Shown here: in pieces, positions 25,525-36,400 of the stretch
Layout of the letters: each line of letters begins with the position of its first letter
How positions within the stretch are numbered: position 1 is the first letter of the stretch
NCBI GenBank assembly: GCA_947627905.1
Contig: CANQXX010000005.1
Coordinates: forward strand, 6,925 to 70,924
Length of the DNA: 64,000 nucleotides
Reading direction: 5' to 3'
Source: an uncultured Clostridia bacterium
GTDB taxonomy: Bacteria; Bacillota; Clostridia; Oscillospirales; Ruminococcaceae
Translations under genes and position numbers: made by a program
Notes under the pieces: model-generated
Told to the model about the DNA's origin: nothing
The model's database searches: none
Seen by the model: only the letters and a program-made list of their open reading frames with translations

Positions 25525-26613
25525 ATGGCTGATACTGTTGCAAAGAAAAATCCTGTTTCCGACTTCCTTGCAAAGCGCAAGGCGGAAAAGCCGCCCAAGG
25601 AGCCTAAAATGTCCCGTAAGGAAAGAAGAGAACGTTTCAAGAAAAGAATGGAATGTCTCACTCCCGAGGAACAGAGCTACCTTAAGCGTAAACGCGCTAT
25701 GGAAGCCGTATGGCCCATATTCAGAGCAATAATCGTTTTCGGACTTTGCTTTATCATTCTTTATCCTCTGCTGTTCATGATCTCTGCGGCATTCCGTCCG
25801 AGAGCCGACATGAACGACCCGACGATAATGTGGATACCGAAAACATTCACCCTTTCAAACATCAAGGACGCTATCAGAGCCATGGATTTCTGGCACACTC
25901 TCGGAAATACAATGGTGCTGAACATAGGCTGTTCGCTGGTACAGGTAATTACCTGCGCTATCACGGGCTACGGATTTGCAAGATATAACTTCAAGGGCAA
26001 GAGCATACTGTTCTTTGTAGTTATCATGATGATACTTGTTCCTCCGCAGATCATACTTATCCCGCAGTATATGTTCTTCCGTTACTTCAACCCGCTGGGA
26101 ATTTACCATGCGATCACAGGAAACTACATCAACTTCATAAATACTGCTGTTACGATGTATATGCCTGCGCTGACGGCAAACGGTCTGAGAGCCGGTCTGT
26201 TCATATTCCTGTTCAGACAGTCCTTCCGCGGACTTCCTAAAGAACTTGAGGACGCCGCTGCACTGGACGGCTGCTCACCTCTCACAACATTTGTAAGAGT
26301 TATGATACCGAATGCAGGCTCTACGTTCCTGACGGTATTCCTGTTCTCGATAGTATGGTACTGGAACGATTACTATGTAAGTACATCTTTCTTCACCGAG
26401 AACAAGACCATTGCCCTTATGCTGAAAAACCTCGACGGCAACCTTACAAGAATTATATTCGGCAACGACGCCAGCTCGGTAAACGTCCGCGAGCTTATCG
26501 TATGGATGGAATCCGGCTGTCTGATCTCCATTCTGCCGATACTTATTCTGTACATATGCTTACAGAAGAACTTCACAGAGGGTATTGCACGTTCCGGTCT
26601 TACAGGAATGTAA
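25525..26613 (+). CDS. carbohydrate ABC transporter permease (MalG-like) with a basic N-terminal extension, second pair
   Basis: EAA loop 'EDAAALDGCSPLTTFVRVMIPNAGS'. A Lys/Arg-rich cytoplasmic extension of about 70 aa precedes it. Ribosome-binding site AAGGAGG lies upstream. Confidence 0.9.
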   Translation: MADTVAKKNPVSDFLAKRKAEKPPKEPKMSRKERRERFKKRMECLTPEEQSYLKRKRAMEAVWPIFRAIIVFGLCFIILYPLLFMISAAFRPRADMNDPTIMWIPKTFTLSNIKDAIRAMDFWHTLGNTMVLNIGCSLVQVITCAITGYGFARYNFKGKSILFFVVIMMILVPPQIILIPQYMFFRYFNPLGIYHAITGNYINFINTAVTMYMPALTANGLRAGLFIFLFRQSFRGLPKELEDAAALDGCSPLTTFVRVMIPNAGSTFLTVFLFSIVWYWNDYYVSTSFFTENKTIALMLKNLDGNLTRIIFGNDASSVNVRELIVWMESGCLISILPILILYICLQKNFTEGIARSGLTGM

Positions 26614-26637
26614 TCTGATACTAAGAATAAAAACAGA

Positions 26638-26670
26638 GCGCCCGTTCCGGGAAATCGGAACGGGCGGTTT
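26638..26670. terminator. bidirectional intrinsic terminator (ABC operon / spoVAC)
   Basis: An 11-bp perfect stem, CGCCCGTTCCG (26638-26648) with CGGAACGGGCG (26655-26665). T-runs are present on both strands. Confidence 0.8.
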
Positions 26671-26688
26671 TGCGTTTTGGAGAAAATT

Positions 26689-27129
26689 TTACCTTAAAAA
26701 GAAATAATATATCAGTCCGTAAATAAACGAAGCCGCCGTGCCGTAAAGTATCACCGGTCCTGCGATAGTGAAAATTTTTGCGCCCAGACCAAGCACAAGC
26801 CCCTCCGATTTAAATTCCAGCGCGGAGGAGGAGACCGCGTTTGCAAAGCCGGTTATCGGCACAAGAGTGCCTGCGCCGCCATGCTTGGCGATCTTTTCAT
26901 ATATCCCCAGACCGGTCAGTATCGCGCTTAAAAGAACAAGCGTTATGGACGTCCATGCGGCGGCAGTCTTTTCGTCGAAGTCAAAGCGGCTGTAAATGTC
27001 GTTTATGCCCTGCCCAAGGCAGCAGATAAGCCCGCCTATGACAAAAGCCTTTGCAATGTCCTTTGCGCTTTTGGAATTTGGCGAGGCTTTTTTTACCATG
27101 CTGTCATACTGCTGTTTTGAAATGCTCAT
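26689..27129 (-). CDS. spoVAC: stage V sporulation protein AC
   Basis: 'AFVIGGLICCLGQGI...LTGLGIYEKIAKHGGAGTLVPITGFANAV' matches SpoVAC closely. I chose the ATG at 27129, which has AAGGAG upstream. The 79-codon N-terminal extension in the ORF track is non-homologous. Confidence 0.85.
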   Translation of the reverse strand: MSISKQQYDSMVKKASPNSKSAKDIAKAFVIGGLICCLGQGINDIYSRFDFDEKTAAAWTSITLVLLSAILTGLGIYEKIAKHGGAGTLVPITGFANAVSSSALEFKSEGLVLGLGAKIFTIAGPVILYGTAASFIYGLIYYFFLR

Positions 27130-27366
27130 AAAAACAACTCCTTTTAAGGGATATTTTACGAAATTTTTCGGCGGATATACATTGCAGCTTTTATTTTTAA
27201 AAGCAGGATATGGGAATATTTTTCCGGCTTTTCTATGAATTATATTAATCAACTGTGTTTTTTTTTTTTGTAAAAATGAATTGTCGACTTTCTTAAAAAA
27301 GTGTATTAAATTCGCAGTTGTACGTTGTGTAAAACGCCTAATTTTATGGGGTTTTTTAAAAAACAA

Positions 27367-27395
27367 TTGACATTTCCCACAAATAAGAATATAAT
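27367..27395 (+). promoter_or_regulatory. sigma-A-type promoter of the second adhesin gene
   Basis: -35 TTGACA (27367-27372), 17-nt spacer, -10 TATAAT (27390-27395). Confidence 0.7.
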
Positions 27396-27482
27396 TATGA
27401 TGTATCTTTATATATAATTTTTATTAACAAAAATACAAGCCATGCGCTTACGAAAATAATTAAAACGAAGGGAAAATGTCTT

Positions 27483-30400
27483 ATGAAAACAACATTCAAA
27501 CGCTTTGTATCATTTACATTGAGCTTTGCTTTTTTATTTCTGATGTTAGGAGATATGTCGTTTCAGCTGAATATATCCGCTCGTAATTACAACTCTCATG
27601 ATATGTATATCTATATTAAATCGTGGCAGCCTGATGGTTCATATTTACAGGACGAGTATTATATAGATGCCAGCGACAACGAATTCATAATTAAGACGGG
27701 CGGCGGAAAACCGGCAGCTGTAAACAATGCAGTGTATGATGAAGCAAGACAAATGCTTACTATTACTCCTTTTGGTGAAAAGGAAACCTCTAAGCTGTCC
27801 GGCTTTGCGGTATCCGCAGGTAATGACGCGGTAACGCTCGGCGTTGACAAAAGCAATAATTTTACGATACAATACGATCCGAATATACATCTTGTAAAGG
27901 TACATATTTTCTACAGTGAAAAGCAGAGAGAAGTTGCCGGTGAAAACTTTGCGTCAGGCGCAACATTTGGTAAGGATTTTAAAGAAAATAATCCGGAAAC
28001 AGACGTTATAACACCGGATTATTATAATAATTATCTTAAAGGCTATCTTACAAGCCAAGGTGTTGATACTACTAAATTAGCAATAGAAGATGATATGTAT
28101 GATACTTCTATGGGCTTGCATACAAACAAGACCGCTAAAGCGGCTGATAATGCCGAAATTGCTAACTATGTCGGAGAATATAACACCGCTGACGGCGCAC
28201 GTATATTTGATATAAACCTTGAAGCATGGTATGCCGATCAGGCAAAGGCTGATATAGGTCTTGTTCTTGATGCCTCCGGAAGTATGGCTTGGGTCGCTGA
28301 TACTACAGCAATAAGCGAAGAAACAATATTACCCATTAATTTTAACGATTTGACAAGCGGAGACGAAGAAAAATACATGAGTATCCAAGTAAAAACGGGT
28401 ACTGATGAAAAAGGTAAATATTACGAAATATATGAAACCAGTGAAAAACACGCTGACGGACATTACTGTGCAAAAGTATATGAAAATGAATACATCACTC
28501 CCGAGCAGCTGGCAAGCATACTTGACCCGGCTCTTACGGATAATTCCAGCTTGAGTTACAGTGATTATAAATACTATATCTATGGCACAAGATCTACTGA
28601 AAAGGAGTTTATTCCTCTTGGATACTGGGACGGTAATGAAGGTAAAGTTGCAAAAGAAGAAGCAGGAAAAGAAGAGGAAGTAACGCCGGTAAGTCCTGTT
28701 CCGCAAAGAAAGAATCTTATAGGATATTGGGATTTTGAAGAAGATCATATTGCAAAGAGAAACGGCGGTCAACGTCATCCCTTATATCCAGTAAACGTGG
28801 TTGATGGTACTCTTTCTGATGTAGGTGCTACTGATTCAAATATAACAGAATATCTTAGTGACGGTTATACCGGCGGTACAGCACTTAGATTGGCAGATTG
28901 GATAAAGAAGTTAAATAGTAAAGGACCAATCAGTTTAAATGTTAAGCCGAAAAGTAATAATTTTACTATTTCATTTGCTGTAAAAAATGCAAAAAATGAC
29001 AGTTCTTTTTATAAGCAAGGATTAATTTACATTGGGGATAAAACATACCAAAATAGTAATATTTGCAGCGATGGGAGAGGTTTACAACCCAGTCAAGGGT
29101 ATATAATATATCAATATCAAAATGAAAGCAGTCATAGTGATTTAAGATTAGGAAACTCAAACAACAAAGCTGTTTATAGAAACAGTGAGGGACTAAAAAG
29201 TGATTGGCAATTTTACACTTTTGTATTTAGTGATGAGGGAGATATTAAAGTTTATATTGACGGATATTTAAAAGGAACTAAAACGAATAGCGTAAAAACT
29301 TTTACTAATTCTGAACTTGAAAGCGACAATTTTAATATTATTTTAGGAGCAAATATTGACACAAGTAAAAAATATGATCAAATTTTGCTTGACGATATCT
29401 TCTTATATGATATAGCATTGGGAGAAAAAGAGGTTAGCGAATTATACAATAATATTAAAACTATAAACGAAAAAGGTATTGACGGAAATGAAACTCCTAA
29501 ACCCAGTGCAACCGACGACAAGCACCGCGCTTATTCTCCCGACGGAGAAACTGTGATCGGTGTTTACAGTAAGGATCTTGCCTCAGGTGTGGGTGAAAAC
29601 ACTAAAGGCTGGTACTATGTAAACTCAACATCTAACTGGAAAGAAAATTATAATTCAGATGCTGTAAAGACCGGTAAAGACCTGAAACATCTTCAGGCAG
29701 GCGATGTTATCGAAAACCGTATCAACTATTCTGATCTTCCCAAAACTGTGCAAGATTTTGTAAGTGAAACTGACGTAAACGCGGGAAACGGCGGTGCTAT
29801 CTGTACTGGCTCCAATACATTTACCGGAAAAGGCAGAAAGTATGACGGCTCAAGCGTAGAAGAAAAAGGCAAATATTATAATCCGGAATATGAAGTACTT
29901 GAACATGACAGTTCAATAGAACTTGGAGACAAACAATCCAAGGCTGCCATAACCTTACCGTCAAGCAAAACTACTCGTCAGGGTGTGGAAAGCAGCGACG
30001 GAATAGAATCGCCTGTGGTATTTTTCATAGATTCAGCCGGTTATCTCAGATGTTTTTATAATACCGGTACAGCAGAAGCTGACGGAAAAAGTAGGGCTTC
30101 AGATCTTGACCATACCTCAGGGGTATCCTATGTTTATGCTAAAAACGATCAGCAGAGAACAAAGGTAGAGGAGCTGCAGTATTCACTGGGTAGGTTTGCT
30201 TCACAGCTTATCACCGAATCTCGCGAAAGCCGTGTTTCTGCTGTAAGATTCAGTCTTGAAATCAATGAAAAAAAAGACAGGATAACCGAAAAAGAACTTG
30301 ACCACTTGGTTCTTCTTGACTGGACAAATGATACTCAGGAAATAAGCCGGCTTATGAGCCTTACAAGAGGAGACGGTAGCTCATTAGGCTTTGATCCATC

Positions 30401-33400
30401 AGGTGATGTTGAACAGTATAACTATGGTCTGACTGGCGGTACTAATCTGGCGGTAGGTCTGCAGGCGTATAAAGATAATCTTGACAAAATAAGGCTCAAA
30501 GACGGTGAAGACAACGACGCCAAGAAATACATAGTTGTATTTACCGACGGTAAGGATACAAGCCTTGAATCGGGCGGCGACGACGGCAAAGCAGCAAAAG
30601 ATATTGCCCAAGAGCTTAAAGATAAAAACGACTATGAAATATTTGTCGTTCTGCTGAAGACCGGTGCATTTACCGACGATGCTGCTGCCGAAGACAGTAA
30701 GGTGCCGGGTTTTGTCAGCGCTATAGCCGGAAAGAAATTAAAAGAAGGCGAAGATGCGCCTACATATGAAAAACTTGCGCTTGATAAAGATATTTCAACA
30801 TTGACTGACGAAGAACTGGCAGAAGAAGCAAAAGATAAATATATTTTTGTTGCAACGAACGGTGAAGACCTTACAAGAATGTTTACACAGGGTGTTCTTA
30901 TGAACATCTCCGAAAAGCTGACGGATTATACCGTTCAGGACTATATCGATCCCAGATTCGATATGATCGTAAAGAACCCCAATACTTTAACAGACACCAC
31001 GGATTACAGGCTCGTTCTGGGCGCAGGCGGAAAAGTAACAATACAGAGCTATGACGATACGAAAAAAGTATGGACAGAAGTCACCGACACAACCAAGGTT
31101 TTCAAAACCGGAACTACAGCTCCCGGCGATAGTACTCTTATTGGCAATATCAAACTTTATGACGGTACAGACGGCGTTGGTCTGCATTATGACAAAAAGG
31201 AGAATATGTATTTCCTGCGCTGGGATAAAGAGGATATACCGGCGTGTGCCGTTGGCGCGACTAAATTGACCGTATGGAGCAGGGAAATGCGCCTTATCGC
31301 TAAGGAAGATTTCATCGGCGGAAACGCTGTTCTTACAAACGGCAATAAGGAAAAAATGAACTGGGTATATTCAAACTCGTCAAAAGAAGAGGGCGATTAT
31401 GCAAACAGTTCAGGCACTAAGGACGCCGTAAGACAATTAAGCAGTGACAATGAAACATACCTTAATGCTGATGTTTCCAAGGGCTTCCCAAGAACTACGG
31501 TAAACGTGCGCCTTGAAGATCTCAGCTTCAAAGAAAAGGACATCGTTGTTTATCTCGGTGAAGAGCTTGACCCTGTTGATGTTGCCGAGCAGGCAGGTAT
31601 GGAGATAGTGAAAACTCTTTACTGGGAATATCTGGGAAGATACTATTACAACAATCCCGAAAAGGGTTCATTTGATAATTATAACGAAGCTCTTAAAAAA
31701 GGCATTGAGGATATAATTGAAAAAGCCAATGACAATAGTTTTATAAAAATTGACAATAATGCAAGCAAAGCAGACATTGAAAAAGCTGTTGATGACTTTT
31801 TCAACGATCCGAGCAATGAGCATAAATATGTAAAACTTCCTTACTATTATCTGCCTGTTGCCGCAGGAGAACCCGAGCCGGAAAACAATATTGCCGCCGA
31901 TATGCCGCAGTCAGAGGATAAGATCGGAGATATCTATTATGCGATATCGCTTATCGATCGTGATGTAGATGCCGGAGAAAGCGGCACAGCAGACAGCTCA
32001 CCTTTTGAAACAAGATCCACCAAGACGAGACAGTATAAACTGATAGTAAGATTTGTTGCCAATGAAGTCAAAGTGGAAGATGAGATAGCAAATTCAGACA
32101 GAATAGAAGCCAACAAAAATCTTATTACGGAAACAGACGGCACAACAAAAGCGGTTTATCCTTGGGATAGAGCGTATAAGCCTGAACAGGGTAAGGCACA
32201 GGAATCGGTAAGTTACGGCAGAGTTTACAATATCGGTCTTGTAAAGGGTGAAGTTGTTCTCGGTCTTAAGATCTATAAAGAAGATTATGATCACATTCAT
32301 GATCATCTGGGGAAACAGTCTTTAGACTATACCGGAACGCTTATGCGTACTGCTCCCGGAAGTACAGATCCGACAGAAGCAGCTACATTTACTGTTGAAT
32401 TTGATACTGAGCGTTCTTGGGACGACATGAACGATTATGCATCTAAAGACAAAGATCACACATATCTCTTTGATAAAGATGAAAATGGCGAATATGTTGT
32501 AATTTATGCTAAAGCCGAGATCAACAAAGACATTTTCAAAAATACAGAAACCGGTGAAGAATATCTTCCTATCGGCAAGTATACGATCGAAAATAATAAG
32601 GGTGAATCTACACTTTCAGGTGTAACATTTGGCACGGTTGAGTTTGTTGATGTTGAAGGTCATGATGATCTATTTGAAACTTTACGTGTAAATAATAAGA
32701 CCACAGATGAAATGCTTGAAGCAATACCAAGTGGAATTTCTCCTGCAAACCTTGAAGAACTCAAAACGGGCTCTAAAATTGCGGACGCTCTTGCCGCAGG
32801 TATCAGCGAAGATAATACGCAGGCTTATCTTGGTTATCCTGTTGACGAACCCACTGAAGAGAAAAAAATAGACGGTACGATCTACACCGACAACCGTCTT
32901 GCACTGGCAATTATTTCCCTTGATATGCCTATGGGCAAACTTGAAATTTCCAAGGAAGTAAAAAGTTCCAATGATAGCGAGATCGACAAGAGCCGGGAGT
33001 TTACGTTTACCGTTAAGCTGTATTACGGTGATGATCTTACGTCTGGTACGCCTTATGAAATGACCGATATTGCAAGTCATGTTAAGATAAACGACGAAGC
33101 AGTGACCGGCGATCTGGCAGAAAGATTTACAGGCGAAAAAGGTTCTTATACACTCATACTTAAAGACGGCGAAAAAGCTGTAATTGACGAACTCCCCGAC
33201 GGCTTGAAGTATGAGATCACCGAAAGTGCGCCGGTAGGTTATAAAACTACCGTGAACGAGACTGAAAGCGTATCCAAGAATGGAGTTATTGAGGCTGATG
33301 CTTCCGGCAACAAAACGGAACCGGTTGCCTTTACCAACATAAAGCAGGTCGGCGATCTGAAAATTTCCAAAACGGTCGAAAGCTTGTCCGGCGATGCTGA

Positions 33401-36400
33401 TGATCTTACACCGGAAGATAAGGATACACAGTTTACGTTTACAATTACGCTGGCAGGTACTTCCGGAATAGATGCTGCCGGTACATACAATTATGACTAT
33501 AACAGAACTCCAAATGCTGGAACGGTAACGTTCGGCAGCAAAGGAACTGTCACTGCAGCTGACGGTCCAGCGTTTGAACGTACCAAGGAAGGCATCATCA
33601 AGCTCACTCTGAAACACGGTGAGAGCATAAAGATCCACGGTCTGCCGGCAAAAATAACAGCAACTGTTACGGAAGATCCTGATGGTAATTATGAAACAAA
33701 GAGCAATCTGGTAAATGACATGGTAACGATTGAAGCCGTTGATGGCACGTCGACTGATGCTAATGCTACAAAGGCAGAATTTACCAACAAGCATAAGCCG
33801 CTGAGCCTTGAGATCACCAAGAATGTAGTAGTGCCGGTCGGTTATGAGGCAAGCAAGGACACGGCAACAGCATTTGAAATTACAGTTAAGCTTGAAAACA
33901 ACGCCGGTGCGGATCTTACTGGATCATACTATTATAAGATCAAAGGCAGGGAGGATACTGCTTATCCGGAGGGCGATGGTACTTCATATACCGTATCCGA
34001 CGGTACAATGACATTTAACCTTAAGGACGGTCAGTCTGTAATGATCCTTGGACTTCCTGAGGGAACAAAGTATACCGTTTCCGAGGAAAACTATGACGGT
34101 TACATTACGGAAATATATTTGAGCGATGGAAACAAGCTTAATGCTGAAACCGAGCTTAGTAATGCTGCCAACCAAGTCATTGTAGAAAACAAAATGCAGC
34201 TTGGTCAGCTTACTGTCACCAAGCAGATATCCTCGACAGAAGCTCTGAATACGTTTGACGAGAGTATCGGATTTGAATTTACAGTCAAGTTTGAAAAGGA
34301 CGGAGAGCTTCTTGCCGGAACATATCCCGTTACCATTGACGGCAAAACGGAAGAATTGCCGCTTGATTCTGACGGCGAAATGACATTTGAGCTTAAGCAC
34401 AATCAGTCTGCCCTTATTACAGGTCTGCCTGTAGGAACGGAGTACACTATCACGGAGACGGGAATTGCCGGATATGATCCGCCGAAGGATCCCGTAACAG
34501 GCACAATATACACAAAAGCAGATCTTGCCGACGATTACTATTCTGCAACTGAAACCATAACCAACACCAAGAACACGGCTGATCTGTCAATAACAAAGAT
34601 CGTTTATGAAGGTTCAGAGCCAATAGACAAAGATATCGACAACGAAGATTACAGCCTGAAAGATGTATTCAATGTCGAGTTACAGGTCTACATTGATACA
34701 GACGGAGTAGAGGGCTATGACGAGAAAAAAGACATACCCGTTACCGGAAAATATTACGACAGCAAATCGAACGAATATGAATTTGACGGCGGCAAGACAA
34801 ATATCGAGATACACCACGGAGAGACAGTAACTATAGAAGGTCTGCCTGAGGGCGCATGCTACGTCGTTAATGAGACTTTTGCTGACGGATATAGTGCTGG
34901 ATATAGTGTAGATTACGAGAACAATAACAAAACAGTCGGAGAATACAATGCCACAATACGCAACACCAAAAATACCGGCGATATCAGCATAACCAAGAAT
35001 GTAGTCGGCTACACAGATCCTGCCAAATCGTTTGACTTTGAAATAACGGTAACAAGGGGCGAAGGCCATGTTCCTGTTCAGGGAACATTTGATACCGAGC
35101 TTAATGGTGAAAAAGGCACCCCGATAGAGCTGAACAACGACGGCGTCGGAACGTTCACTCTCAGCGACAAGGGTAAGATTACTATCAAAGGGCTGCCTGC
35201 CGGAGCTGAAGTCAACGTAGTTGAATCGGAGAAAAGTGCTGCCGGATTTACCGTAAGTGTAAACAACGAGATAAAAGATGACAGGAAGTATTCAGGCACA
35301 ATAACAGCAGGTTCGGGATTATTGGCCGAATTTACCAATTCATCCAATACTGCAAACATTTCTATCTCCAAGACGGTTGAAAATTACATTGCGGCAGAGG
35401 ATAACGAGGCATTTGAATTTGAGATCGAAGCAACTGACAATACCGACTTTGCAGGAGCATATGAGGTAAAATATGAGACTTCCGGTGTGCCGGTTGATAC
35501 TTCTTCGCAGGATACAAATGTAACGTTCACAAAAGGCAAGGCGACAATAACTCTTTATCACGGTCAGAAAGCAACGATAAAGGGCGTTCCTGCCGATATG
35601 ACATTTACTGTCGGTGAGATCAATATACCGGACAAATATGAACAGGTTATAGATAATAAGGTTATCTATACAAAAGCCGGTGATACACATCTCGTAGAAT
35701 TTACCAATAAAAAGAAGTCTACCGGAACGCTGATCGTTGAAAAGAAAGTTATCAATGGCATTGGAACGGAAGGTCCGTTCGATATCAGCGTTACATTCAG
35801 CGGAACAGAAGATTTGTCCGGCATAAAGCTTGACGGCGCTGAAATTAAAGGCACAACAGTTACAGTAACGCTTGGAAACAGCGATGAAGCAAAATTTACC
35901 GATATTCCTTATGGAACTTCGTTCCATGTTGAAGAAACCGCCGAATCCTCGAAAGGCTATACAGTAACATATTCTGAGGCGTCCGAAACTGCTGACGACG
36001 GAGACGGAAAGATAAGTGCAGATACTCCGGACGTTACCGTAACTGTAACCAACACCAAGAAGCCTACCGCAAGCCTTACCGTAACTAAAACCGTAACCGG
36101 AGAGGGAGCGGATACATCACTTGCATTTGACTTTACGGCAACCATAATTCCTCCGAGCACGGTCACAGATATGACATTGTCAGTCAGCGGAGACTATACG
36201 GCTGCAACCGTTGATGGCGGAACGGTAACATTTAAACTTGCTCACGGACAGAATATCACCATATCCGGCATACCTTCCGGAGCAATGTATACCGTTGCGG
36301 AGGACAGTGCATATGCGGCGGATTATGATGTTAAATATGAAAGTTCCGCAACAGGAACGATAAGCGCAGATGCTCAGGACGTTACCGTGAATGTAATCAA

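Noticed and set aside
27258-27269. A T12 homopolymer between the divergent spoVAC and adhesin genes, considered as a possible phase-variation tract.
   Set aside because: It lies about 100 nt upstream of the adhesin -35 box. It is not in a promoter spacer or a coding region, so a slipped-strand switch has no obvious mechanism. It could only be assessed with population sequencing.
27130-27366. N-terminal extensions suggested by the ORF track. They affect spoVAC (to 27366), mntP (to 41632), gap (to 43378), the MtaD-like gene (to 44899), fabG, fabF, aroE, the Yip1 gene, the amidohydrolase, the fumarase alpha gene, the 3D-domain gene and the Hpt gene.
   Set aside because: In each case an internal start codon with a proper GGAGG-type ribosome-binding site coincides with the start of family homology. 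The extensions run through promoters or terminators.
27396-27482. A c-di-GMP riboswitch upstream of the adhesin, as seen for some clostridial surface proteins.
   Set aside because: The leader is only about 80 nt, A/T-rich, and lacks any GC-rich conserved helices.
32682-33794. Long antisense ORFs opposite confirmed genes: 32682-33794(-), 38934-39944(+), 40007-40918(+), 43673-44794(+), 49491-50630(-), 51918-52670(-) and 55832-56683(-).
   Set aside because: In each case the opposite strand encodes a protein with unmistakable family motifs (adhesin, NadB, PrmC, MtaD-like, FabF, AccC, AroE). The antisense translations are low-complexity, Cys/Arg/Phe-rich and lack ribosome-binding sites.
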